Positions 1-11,204 of a stretch of DNA of 64,000 nt are shown one piece after another. The first letter of the stretch is position 1. Each line of letters starts with the position of its first letter. The position numbers and the translations under genes were made by a program. Below the pieces are notes generated by a model, which worked only from the letters and a program-made list of their open reading frames with translations, made no database searches and had not been told where the DNA came from. Source of the stretch: Mobula hypostoma (lineage: Eukaryota). The stretch spans positions 227,976,001 to 228,040,000 of the forward strand of contig NC_086097.1 in NCBI RefSeq assembly GCF_963921235.1. The letters are read 5' to 3'.

Positions 1-244
1 CTCAGCCAATTTCATATTCATGTTACTACTCTCTGCTTTTGTCATGTGTTTCAATTTTACCTATAAGCCTTTAAGTAACACTTTATTAAAAGCAATCTGG
101 AAGTCCATTACACTACATCAACTGCATTACCCTTATCAACTCTATCCATCACATCATCAAAAAGTTAAAGGCATAATCTACGAGCATTTGTCTGATGAAA
201 GCAAATTTGCTCTATTCCCAAGATTCTTCTATAGATATATCGAG

Positions 245-1125
245 GAAAGTATATTGACAGACTGCATCACAGCCTGGTATGGGAAAATCAATGCCCTTGA
301 ACAGAAAATCCTACAATAAGTGGTGGATATGGCCCAGTCCAACACAGGCAAAGTCACCCCCACCATTGAGCACATCTACACCGAGTGTCATTGCAGGAAA
401 GCAGCATCCATCAGGAAGAAGGTACAGGAGCCTCAGAGTTCACATAATCAGATTCAGGAATAGTTGTTACTCCTCAACTATCAGGCTCTTAAACTAGAAG
501 GGATAACTTCACTGCACTTCACTCGACACATCACTGAACTGTTCCCACAACCTATGGACTCACTTTCAAGGACTCTTCATCTCATGTTCTCGATAATTAT
601 TTCTTATTTATTTATTATTATTGCTTCTCTTCTTTACTTTCTTTTTGTATTTGCACACTGGTTGTCTGCCCTGTTGGTTCAGTCTTTCTCATCAATTCTA
701 TTACGGTTATTGGATTTATTGAGTATGCTCGCAAGAAAATGAAGCTCAAGATTATATATAAGGCATCCGTTAGTCTTGCGAGACCATGGATCTGCACCTG
801 GAAAGTCTTCACTCTCCAGGGCGCAGGCCTGGGCAAGGTTATATGAAAGACTGGCAGTTGCCCATGCTGCAAGTCTCCCCTCTCCACGACACCAATGTTG
901 TCCAAGGGAAAGGTATTAGGACCCATACAGCTTGACACCAGCGTCGTCACAGAGCAATGTGTGATTAAGTGCCTTGCTCAAGGACACAACACGCTGCCTC
1001 AGCTGGGGCTCAAATTCATGACCTTCAGATCGCTAGTCGAACGCCTTAACCACTTGGCCACACGCACACAAGTTGTATATAGTGACATATATATACTTCG
1101 ATAATAAACTTACATTGAACTTTGA
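245..1125 (+). mobile_element. Rex1/Babar-like LINE 3' fragment and tail, interrupted by a SINE
   Basis: Peptide remnants ESILTDCITAWYG and PSGRRYRSLR...RFRNSCYSSTIRLLN. The same 3' tail recurs at ~25340, ~32700, ~48890 and elsewhere. Confidence 0.75.
761..1067 (-). mobile_element. tRNA-headed CORE-like SINE with an RTE-family-related tail
   Basis: Minus strand has an A-box TGGCCAAGTGG, a degenerate B-box, and CORE-like GTGTCCTTGAGCAAGGCACTTAA. Its 3' half is shared with the elements at 2440-2610 and 32020-32200. Imperfect TSD caagattatatata/caagttgtatata. Confidence 0.7.
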
Positions 1126-1943
1126 AGATATGTCTGGAAACAATAATCTAACCTACTAAACTCATCACCACTTAAAGTACTATTTCCTAGCTTAAAGCAG
1201 AGTCCTTGAAGCAGAACCTAACATTTAACAGCATTCAACTCCACAAGAAGAACAGGGGATCTTCAAAGTAATGGTGAAAAAGATCTTTCTGCCATTTTCC
1301 TACATATTCTGTTGGTCTTCTGTCAGTGGAAGGCAATTGAAATCTTGGTGAAATTTCAGTAACAAGATGTTTTAAAGCTTGCATTGCATGGATACAACTA
1401 GAGACCGGGGGAAGATGAATAAGTAGTTTCAGAAGGCTCAACACACATAAGGAAGTTCAACTGATTTCCTGGAAAAGCTGAGCAAGGGAGGATAGGGGGC
1501 AGAAACAGAACAGTACATAGAGTATTACAAGAGATTTCTATAGATGAAGACAGATTGCTGCAGTTTTGCAATATATCTAAAGGCCTTAATGAATTCTTAT
1601 TGCATTTTTTGTAATTTTCAGCAATTTTATATCTTTGCATTGTACTACTGGCACACAATCACAAGTTTCACATCATGATAGTCAGTGATAATAATTATGG
1701 TTCTGATTTGGAAGCCTGGGACCAGCAGGAACTGATCACAGAGCCTCTGCATTGGTACATGACTCAAATGGCAGCATCTCCAACCACTCTGTTCCTGAAA
1801 GGAAGGGACGAGCAGGCCAACACCATGTCTGCAGTGCGTCTGTGGATAGCTGTGCTTGTAGTTCTTACACACTGAGAGCAGGACCTCAGGAGATATCAAT
1901 GTCCTGAACACTTAAGACCACGACAAGTAACCATAGTAGTTGT

Positions 1944-3010
1944 CTCTCTCTCTCTGGCTATCCATCACAGAGGATGATAATGGTTCCTTTCAGTCAGTTA
2001 GTGGGGTGGTACCCCACTCCTCAGAAAGGAACAGCATGTGCGTGAGTGGATTTTAGGTGAGTAGGGGGTTGCACAGGTCCAGACCCACGCTCTCGACATC
2101 CTCTCCCGGATCCAGAGGCATGATGGGATTCAAGATGGCTGGGGGGAAGTTCTGTTGCAGTGAATGGCCAGACCAAGCTTTGATGCAAGGAATGCCCTTT
2201 CCGCGCTTCACGGCACAAGTTTGCTAGATGGCCGTTGACCCCACGAGAGGGTTCATCTGCCCTTTGACAGGTCTTGTTTTTCATCCTGCAGGGTGCCTAG
2301 CTACCCTGCTCACCAGGCAAGCCTGGTGGGGGAGCCGGTTTACTCACTGACCTCCTGACCATGCGACAGGTAGTACTGGGTTACATGGTACCAGTAAGCA
2401 CTCAGACTAGTGACCTGACATAGACATCGATCCCAGGGGATCATGGGTTTGTGCCTCTGGTGGACTGTGTCCTCTCCAGGACACAAGCCTGGGCGGGAAG
2501 ATTTGAAGAACCGGCTGTTGCCCATGCAGTGGGTTCCCCCTCTCCATGTCACTGATGAGTCCAAGGGAAGGGCAAGTGCCAATACAGCTGACACCAGTGT
2601 TGTCACAGAGATTGCCAGAGTGAAGTTGTAAACAACATCAAACTGCCTTAGGGGTCCCGGCTCTGGATTTTTTCCTCAGGGTTTACTCCCAAAGCCTTTC
2701 CTATGGATGGGTATGGCTGCAAGGCAGCGGAAGTTTAAAATCAGAGTTTTCCTTCTCATATGTGGGTTCCCGTCCAAGGTTGATGAGCCCCACCTGCCTG
2801 AAGCAACTGGTTTTGAGGCGCCAGTGGTCCACCTTTGCCCCATCTCTTGTCAGTAGAAATAATTCTGCCGGACCTAGTAGTGAAGCCACACGTGAAGGCC
2901 AAGAGTTGGACTTGGTTGTCAGAGGCTGAGAGAGAGGCACGCCATAGGAGCACTTTATAGGTAGTGGGAGCTTATCCCCACTACCACCCCTGACTATGAC
3001 AACCTTAGGA
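1944..3010 (-). mobile_element. Non-coding, non-autonomous retroposon with RTE-type 5' UTR and (GA)n tail
   Basis: Colinear with 31632-32216 (+) and 10860-11200 (-). Contains GAAGGAAAACTCTGATTT, which I recall from RTE 5' regions. No credible ORF. Confidence 0.6.
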
Positions 3011-3235
3011 ACCAATAAGCAACCATTAGCCACCATCACTATGTGGATAATTTCCATGTGCTGGGCATGGATATCATTCACTAGTACAGTAATATCTTGT
3101 AATATCTTTGGAAATACTGTACCACTCTGGGACCCCGCTTTGAACATTTATCCTAAAACTCAAGAATTGCAATAAAGGTCAACGAGGACAAGGAAGGATT
3201 TACTACCAATGTTTACTTTAATAGCTATCAATATA

Positions 3236-3515
3236 TGGTAATAGCTATTGATCAACAATTTGGGATGAATACCCACTGCCATCTGTAAGGGGTACATATG
3301 TTCCCTCCATGACTGTGTGGGTTTCCTCTAAGTGCTCGAGTTTCCTCCCACATGGCAAAGATGTAGAGATTAGCACTAGTAAGTTGAAGGCAGGCCATGA
3401 AGGCGCCAGAAGCATGTTGACTCTTGCAGGCTCCCCCAGCACACATTTGGACAATGTGGTCATAAATGTATCTCACTGTATGTTTTGATGCACATGTTAC
3501 AAACAGCTAATCATT
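3236..3515 (+). mobile_element. V-SINE (HE1-like)
   Basis: V-domain motif gtgggtttcctctaagtgctcgagtttcctcccaca. Confidence 0.7.
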
Positions 3516-3873
3516 TTTATATAGGCCCTCTCTTCCTCCTCACAGCAGAACCAGAGCCTTTTGTCTGTGCAATGACATGATGGTCCAATTCAATAGAAAC
3601 TAGTATTGTAGTATTAAAGAATTCAAAGAAGGATGAAATGCATTCATGCTAATTGGGTATATGCACATTACAGCCATCATATCCATCAGTGAATCTCCTA
3701 GCGCCACAAACTACAGATAACATACTATAAAGGACACAGGGAAAATCTTGAAGAGATATTGAGAGTTATGAAGTTTACTTTTGCAAACAAACATTTAGTC
3801 ACTATGGGGCTAAGTTAAGTATATTTAAAGTCAAAGTCAAAGTCAAAGTAGATATTATCACCACATACTACCT

Positions 3874-4315
3874 AAAATTGGGGCCTGTGTCTGGGATTTG
3901 AACAAATTGTTTGGGGGCTTATTCAAATTGATTGGGGAAAATCCCTTTTGATTTGGTCCTGTGGAAAAATCAGCAGAAATGGAGGCTAGTATTGAAAGAT
4001 TTATGGCAGAACCAACCCCTGAAGAACTGGATGATGCTAAGAGGGGTGTGCTATTGGGAATTGCTCAAAAGTTAAACCTTATGGTGACCACTAGAATGAG
4101 GAAAGTGATAATACAGGCGATAATAGCACAGCATTATATATCCAAAGGAACGTTTAAAGAGGATGTGTGGGAAATTTTTGCTAAAGGTAACTTTACTGAG
4201 GCGGAAATTGTAGGCTCAGCCAAGCCAATCAAACAGCATCCCTACAGAATGAACTTAGAAAGAAGTAAAATAGTTGAACAAGAAATCGGGTACATGCTAG
4301 CAACTGGTATCAAAA
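3874..4315 (+). mobile_element. Internally deleted Gypsy LTR-retrotransposon remnant (PBS, gag N-terminus, RT N-terminus)
   Basis: Degenerate tRNA-Pro-type PBS tggggcctgtgtctgggattt at 3879. ORF 3961 has gag-like FMAEPTPEELDDAKRGVLLGIAQKL joined to the pre-RT motif AKPIKQHPYRMN...EQEIGYMLATGI. Confidence 0.7.
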
Positions 4316-4765
4316 TTGAGATTCAAGTCCTTGCAAGCATTTACAATAAAATAAAGAAATACAGTAGAATTTATGAAAATCTATACATTAAGACTGACAA
4401 ACAAGCCAATTTACAAAAGAAAACAAATTATGCAAATAAAAATAAATAAATAACACTGAGAACATGTGTTGTAGAGTTCTTGAAAGTGAGTCTGTAGTTT
4501 GTGGAATCAATTTGGAGTAGAGATGAGTGAAGTTATCCATGCCGTTTCAAGGTTGTCATGGTTGGAGGGCAATAACTGTTCCTGAACCTGGTGGTGTGAG
4601 ATCTAAGATTTCTGTAGCTCCTGCCTGATGGCAGTAGCGAGAAGAAAGTGTGGTCCTTGATAATGGATGCTACTCTCTTGTGGCAGCAATTCTTGTGAGT
4701 GTGCTCAGTGGTAAGGAAGGCTTTGCCTGTGATGGACTGGGCTGTGCCCACCACTTTCTGTGCAG
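4316..4765 (-). mobile_element. Rex1/Babar-like LINE 3' fragment
   Basis: ORF 4533-4793 contains KVVGTAQSITG...SLLPSGRSYRNLRSHTTRFRNS. Its tail continues at 3828-3873 on the far side of the Gypsy fragment. Confidence 0.75.
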
Positions 4766-5123
4766 TTTCATTAATAATAAGGAACAATTTCAAGATCTAA
4801 TTAGATTGGATGTCATGAGGCTGTTTAGCATACAAACCTATTTATGAATAACTAGTCCAAAAATGCATTTACTGGAAGTATCTCCCACTTGAAAGAAACT
4901 GCAAGTTGTTTCATGCTACACCATGGTAATCAAGCCACCTGACATAGCCTTGATGACCTGCCAAGTGAGAAATCCAAGGATAGGTGGGACTTGCATAAAA
5001 ATCAAAATAAAGACTGATGCTGGGCATCTGGAATAAAATCAGAACATGCTGGAAACACTTAGCAAGTCAAGCAAATTAAAGTAAAGCAAAACAGTGTTAA
5101 CATTCTAGGGCAAAGACTCTGAA

Positions 5124-5448
5124 TGTCAGCAAATATAGAGGATGATTGACTCAAATGCAGAGTAGCAGAGACGACTTAGCGGTGAGTGATAATTTTAATA
5201 ATAAACTGAAAAATAACAAGTCAGGAGGGACCACGAAATAAGAGAGAACAGATACTTAAAACAACAAGGCAACAAGGGAACAGAAGGATAGGAGCAACTA
5301 TTTGAAGTGGCTAGTTTGATGGATGATCAAGGACTGTGGATGAGAGCTGGGTTTAAATAGGCTGCAGGTGACGTGTTGTAAACAAGTGGCAGGTGACTCG
5401 TGTTAGTTGGATGGAGATTGGGAGGTGCCTGCCTGTGCAGGCCTCACA
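5124..5448 (-). mobile_element. Probable solo LTR
   Basis: TGT...ACA termini, near-perfect 5-bp flanks ctgaa/atgaa, and internal TTTAAATA and caggtg motifs like fish Gypsy LTRs. Confidence 0.55.
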
Positions 5449-5491
5449 ATGAAATGGTAAAGAAAGAAAATAACTGTGGAGCTTAGGAGGG

Positions 5492-5830
5492 ATGATGGCG
5501 CCTAATGGCAACTCCCTTGCTTGCATCTTTGGAAACAACTCTTTTTCTACCTTTAATATCTTTATTTTTCCCTTTCAGGGTTCTTTTGAAATCGTTTAGC
5601 TCACGTTTGTGCTCGGTAGCCGGTGCATTTTTTTGCTGGTGGGGGGAAGGAGGGATTGTTGCTTGCTGCCACTTGTGTGCGGGAAGGGGGAGCTGCGGGG
5701 GGGGACTTTGGGGTTCTCACGTTTAACTGCCATTCATTCCTTGGAGCACTTCTCTGTTTTCGTGGATGTTTGTGAAGAAAAAGCATTTCAAGATGTATGT
5801 TGTATACATTTCTGCAGTGTGAATGACAAC
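5492..5830 (+). mobile_element. Short, internally deleted copy of the non-autonomous element at 29037-29810
   Basis: Shares the head (gatggcg...ggcaactcc...tgcttgcatctt) and tail (gggggactttggggttct...tgtatacatttct) but lacks ~400 bp of the middle. Confidence 0.7.
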
Positions 5831-6194
5831 AAACAGAACAGTTGTTCTCCAAAGGGGTATTTAAGGTTGAACTAGGACAAGCACATTATATCATCACAAC
5901 AAAGGGAATCCTCAGTGGAAGAATACTATATTTAAAAAGTACAAAAATACTATCTTGCTGTACTCAAGTTTTTGTAACTATGATCTCTCCATGCTCATCT
6001 TTCCTGTCAATGGAGCCTACATACTGATTTCCAGAATCTTTCGTCAGCATACTTGTGAATACCTAGCAATCCTTCATAGTCCAGATGTAAGCTGATGATT
6101 AACACGTCTATCGCTTCATGAACTGCTGGTTGATTCTATTATGTTCCATTCTCTGGTACTCATCTCTAAAGACAGACTACTAGAGATACTCAAA

Positions 6195-6722
6195 ATACTG
6201 TACCATTGAGAGCATACTCACCAACTGCACCTCAGTGTGGTATGGCAATTGTCCCGTATTGGACCGCAAAGCAGCGTGTGGTGAAAACTGCCCAGCGGAT
6301 TATTGGCACCCAATTGCCCACCATTGAGAACATCTACCATAAACGCTGCCTGGGTAGGGCAAAAAGCATTATCAAGGATGCATCTCACCCTAACCATGGT
6401 CTTTTTACTCTCCTCCCATCCGGTAGGCGCTACAGGAGCCTCCGCTCCCGCACCAGCAGGCACAGGAAGAGCTTCTTCCCTGAGGCTGTGACCCCGCTGA
6501 ACCTCATTTCACAGCGCTAAGCAGTATTGCACCCATATTGTACTGTCTCAGTACTTTTATATTTGTGTGCTTTAGCACTTACTTTTTATTTGCAGTTATT
6601 TTGTAAATAACACTATTCTTTTCATTTCTGGTCAGCTGCTAACTGCATTTCATTCGCTTTGTATCTGTGCTCGGCACAATGACAATAAAGTTGAATCTAA
6701 TCTAATCTAATCTGATCTAATC
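6195..6722 (+). mobile_element. Rex1/Babar-like LINE 3' end with (ATCTA)n tail
   Basis: QRVVKTAQRIIG...HPNHGLFTLLPSGRRYRSLRSRTSR followed by AATAAA and atctaatctaatct. Confidence 0.85.
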
Positions 6723-6884
6723 AAAAAAGACATGACATATTAAGTAGCTGATTGATCACAACTAAGTATAGCCAAACTTCATGTGGTAGTCATGCCTTAC
6801 AAGTAGTGACGTCATCACACTCCATGGTATGTATCTGCAATATAATTGATCATAGCAAAGGAACCGATTCAGAAGGCACAGGAT

Positions 6885-8960
6885 ATATACGTACATCCAA
6901 AAGAGGAACAAGTATTCTAATGAAAAGATGACACAACCATGGCTAACAAGAGAACTCAAAGCCAATATAAAAGCCAAACAGCAGACATATAATAGAGCAA
7001 AAATTTGTGGGAAGTTAGAGGATTGAGAGGCTTTCAAAAAACCAACAGAAGGCAACTAAAAAAAGTGATTGAGAAGGTAAAGTTGGAATACAAAAGTAAG
7101 CTAGCCAATAGTATTAAAGATTCTTCAGATACAGATTCAGATCAGATACAGATAAAGATTCTTCAGATTAAAGTTTCTTCAGATACATAGAGGGTAAAAG
7201 AGAGATGAGAGTGGCTATTGGACCGCTGGAAAATGATGCTGGAAAGGTATTAATGAGGGACAAGGAAATGGTAGATGAACTGAGTAAGGATTTTGCATCA
7301 GTCTTCATGGTGGAAGACATCTGCAGTATGGTGGAAGTTCCAAGTGTCGGGGCATGAACTGTGTGGAATTACCATAACTAGAGAGAAGTCTCTTGAGAAC
7401 TGAAAAGTCTAAAGGTAGAAAAGTCATCTGAACCAGATGGGGTACATCCCAGAGTTCTGAAAGAGGCTGCTGAAGAGTTCATGGAAGCATTCATAATGAG
7501 AATCAGAATCGAGAATCACTAGATTCTGGAATGGTTCCAAAAGACTGGAAAATTGCAAATGTCATTCCACTCTTCAAGAAGTGAGAGAGGCAGAGTAAAG
7601 AAAACTATAGGTCAGTTAGTCTGACCTCAGTGGTTGGGAAGATGCTGGAGTCAATTTTAAGGATAAGGTCTCGGGGTACTTGGAAGCACATAATAAAATA
7701 TGCCGTAGTCAGCATGGTTTCCTCAAGGGAAAATCTTGCCTGACAAATCTGTTGGAATTCTTTGAAGAAATAACAAGTAAGATAGACATGGAGAGTCGGT
7801 TGATGTTGTGTACTTGGATTTTCAGAAAGCCTTTAACAAGGTGCCACACATGAGGCTGCTTAACAGGCTATGAGCCCATGGTATTACAGGAAATATTCTA
7901 GCACGGATAAAGTAGTGGTTGATTGGTAGGAGACAAAGAGTGGGAATAAGGGGAGCCTTTCCTGGTTGGTTTACGGTGAATACTGGTGTTCCACAGGAGT
8001 ATGTACTGGTACTGATTCTTTTTACGTCAGATGTCAATGATTTGGATGATGGAATTGATGGTTTTGTTACAAAGTTTGCAGACGATATGAAGGCAGGTGG
8101 AGAAGCAGGTAGTTTTAAGGAAGTACAGAGGCTACAGAAGGACTTAGACAAATTAGGAGAATGTGCAAAGAAATGCCAGATGGAATACAGTACCCAGAAG
8201 TGTATGGTAATGTCCTTTGGTAGAAGAAATGGAAAGGTCGACTATTTTCTAAATGGAGAGAAAATACAAAAAAAATCTGAGGTGCAAAGGGACTTGTGAG
8301 CCCTTGTGCAGGATTCCCTAAAGGTTAATTTGCAGTTTGAGTCTGTAGTGAGGAAGGCAAATGCAATGTTAGCATTCATTTCAAGAGGACTAAAATATAA
8401 AAGCAAGAATGTAATGTTGAGACTTTATAAAGCATGGATGAGGTCTCACTTGAAGTATTGTGACCAGTCTTGGGCCCCTTGTCTTAGAAATGATGTGCTG
8501 AATCTTGAGAAGGTTCAAAGGATGTTTACAAAAATGATTCCAGGATTGAATAGCTCGTCATATGAAGAGCCTTTGATGACTCTATATTCACAGGAATTCA
8601 GAAGAATGAGGGGTGACCTCACTGAATCCCATCGAATTCTGAAAGGCCTTGATGGAGTGGATGTGTAGAGGATGCTTCCTTTGGTGGGAGTATCCAAGAC
8701 CAGAATAGAGGAGTATTCTTTTAGAATGGAGATAAGCAGGAACTTCTTTAGCCAGAGAGTGGTGAATCTGCAGAATTGTTTGCTACAGGCAGCTGTGGAG
8801 GCCAAGTCTTTATGTAAATTTAAGCCAGAGGCTGATAGATTTTTGGTCAGTCAGGGCATGAATGGAAACAGAGAGAAGGCAGGAAATTGGGGCTGAGAAA
8901 TGGCAGATCAGACTCGATAGGCCAAATGGTCTAATTCTGCTCCTATATCTTATGGTCTTA
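6885..8960 (+). mobile_element. CR1 LINE, 5'-truncated, degenerate ORF2 RT and 3' UTR
   Basis: Motifs GVPQE, TKFADD, VRKANAMLAFISRG and RNFFSQRVVNL, with multiple frameshifts and stops. Confidence 0.9.
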
Positions 8961-9419
8961 TAAATTACTAAATTGTATAACCATGCAAATAAGAACTTCT
9001 TCTTCATCAGAAGGGATCCACCAAATGGACTTTCTGACAAACAAAGAGTGCCACAGTAGTGTAGTGGCCTGGTTGCTCATCATATTTCCTATTTCTGCCA
9101 CATATAGTATAACCAATTAAAGCCATACAACTGAAATCAAACATTAAAACTATTTAATCTGATGTAACCACAAATTGATTTCATCAATGTACACTTACCA
9201 GAACAATCTTGCTCCATAGACCATAAATATTTCTTTCATGCCATTACAACCGATATTTAAAATCACTAATTGATTTACAATACTCCACAGAGCTTTAGGG
9301 GCACAGAGTATCTTTGATTTCAGACATATGAGTTTTACATGGCTTAGTTTCAAATACTGAATGCAAAAGTACTATAAAGTATTTTAAAGTCCATTCATGA
9401 TGAGCAACTTTATACTTAC

Positions 9420-9499
9420 CTCGGCTGAAGTATCCTTCAGGGATATAAAATGCACCAACCATAATTGAAACAAGTGCTCCAAACTTGAATAGCCAGAAA
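9420..9499 (-). CDS. serinc3: SERINC-family gene, coding exon 4 (FWLFKFGALVSIMVGAFYIPEGYFSR)
   Basis: ttttcag| acceptor and |gtaagt donor, 80 nt, phase 2/1. Completes GG+T = Gly to give the HNGFWxFK motif. IMVGxFYIPxGYFS resembles SERINC3 more than SERINC1 (from recall). Confidence 0.95.
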
Positions 9500-9954
9500 C
9501 TGAAAAGAAAATGTTAAAGGAATTATTAGTTATGAATGAGTTTATATTATCTACTATTCCTTCTTATACTATCCTGAATGTTTTAAGTATGTGTCATAGT
9601 TTATACTCTAAAAGTAAAAGAAACATTTCGGTTATTTTAACAAAGGTCAATCGCACTTCATATGTGTTTTAACTTTATACAAAATGAATATCCTTTTAAT
9701 ATTAGTTGTTTGGCAATCTAAAGAATAAAGAATAAGCATTGACAAATTCTTAGTGAATCCTACACCTTTGAAAGGAGCTTTGACCTCCATGAACCTAAGT
9801 CAATTATTGAAATTCCAAATTATGTTGCATGCAGTTAAGGATTTCTGTCAACAATGAGGCTTTATATATGGCCTATTCTTTTTAAAACCAATGCAATGAT
9901 TAAAAACTTGATCCAAATCTTAATACAAAAGGCAACTCACAAAGGAAAACTTAC

Positions 9955-10145
9955 CCGTTATGTACCAGGGCTCTTGGATCTCTGCTATTTCTCACATTGA
10001 TCATAAGCAAAGCTAATAGCAGAAAGAAAGTGGCCATTCCAAAACAGGTGCGATACACAGACTTGTAACCAACTAACACTCTGCATATGGCAGGATTCTC
10101 TTCAGGCAATTGGGTATTAGAAGCAAACTCGCAGAATCCTGGAAT
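9955..10145 (-). CDS. serinc3: SERINC-family gene, coding exon 3 ([64 protein letters not shown])
   Basis: ttttag| acceptor and |gtaagt donor, 191 nt, phase 0/2. Contains the SERINC motifs IPGFC, CxxLVGYKxVYR and SxDPRAxxHNG. Confidence 0.95.
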
Positions 10146-10859
10146 CTAAAAGACAATATTTCAGGGACATTATTTCAGAGACTAACACCATTTAAAATAT
10201 TTTGAAAATGCCTGGAGTATCTGTGTCACATATTTATTCCACATACTTCAGAGATGCATGCATAAAATTTCATTCCTTTTTATTGCTCATATGCATTTGC
10301 ACCAGAAAACATGCTGACTGCCCATCTTACAGGCAATGCAAAGCAATTTCCAAAACTGGTTCCAAAAATAGTTGTGCTGAAGGTCGCAGAGATGTTGTAC
10401 AGTTAATTAATTTGTCTAATGTGCACAGGAGTCCAATGACTAGAGCAGCAGATGCTTAAAATATTGACATACTCCTTTTCAGGGAAAACATCAAATCTGA
10501 TTTTCCAGTCAGTTGCTAAGATGGTCACCAGCTGGGTTCAGAAAAGGTTTTACAATTTCTTTGATTCATTACTTTCTTCAGGATCTAGACCATAATTTTA
10601 AATTTTGCCATGCAATGACCATCACTACACCACTCTCTTCCTGCACCACCTCAGATCAAACGCATCTCTGATGGACTCGTAAGCCAATACATCTGGTCTC
10701 CCTGGATGCAACACCTATCACTCTTTTGCCTACCTGATGATACAGAAATTCCTTGTACGCAACATCAAAATCAGGTTTGTTGTCAAATGCAGAAGCAGGT
10801 GTATGTACAGGCGCAATTAAAAGTATCCTTGCAGCAGCATCACAGGCTCGGAGCATTAG

Positions 10860-11200
10860 AAGATGGCCCCCCCATTGGTCAGGTTTGAGCATGGATGTTG
10901 CGTCCTAGCTGATGACGCAAGTACGCAAGCCAGGGCAGTACAATATCGAGAGCAAGCTGTTGCCCATGCAGCAGACTCCCCCTCTCCATGTAGCTGATGA
11001 ATCCAAAGGCAGAGACTAGTTGGGCACCAGCAGCGTCACAGCAGTTGCCAGTCAGCACTGAACTCAATGTGGGACTGCCTTATTGAGTCCATGAGTGGGT
11101 ATTCCCTCAAGTTAGTGGAGGCTTGAAATCAGAGTTTTCCTTCTCCTTGATGAGCCTACCATGATTGATAAGCCCCCTCTACCCGGCTTTATAGGACCCT
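10860..11200 (-). mobile_element. Partial copy of the RTE-type non-autonomous family
   Basis: Shares gttgcccatgcagcag...ctgatgaatccaaagg and aaatcagagttttccttctc with 1944-3010 and 31632-32216. Confidence 0.6.
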
Positions 11201-11204
11201 GGTC

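Noticed and set aside
2551..2590. CTGATGAG-TCC-AAG-GGA as a hammerhead core in the RTE-type family (also ~10994)
   Set aside because: No GAAA follows the stem, and the motif is antisense to the inferred element orientation.
9190..9300. Possible next SERINC exon (minus-strand gtaagt donor at ~9198)
   Set aside because: The translations I checked do not give the expected WFxxG...IQLxLLxDFAHxWN motif. I found no such exon in 1-9419, so it presumably lies outside the window.
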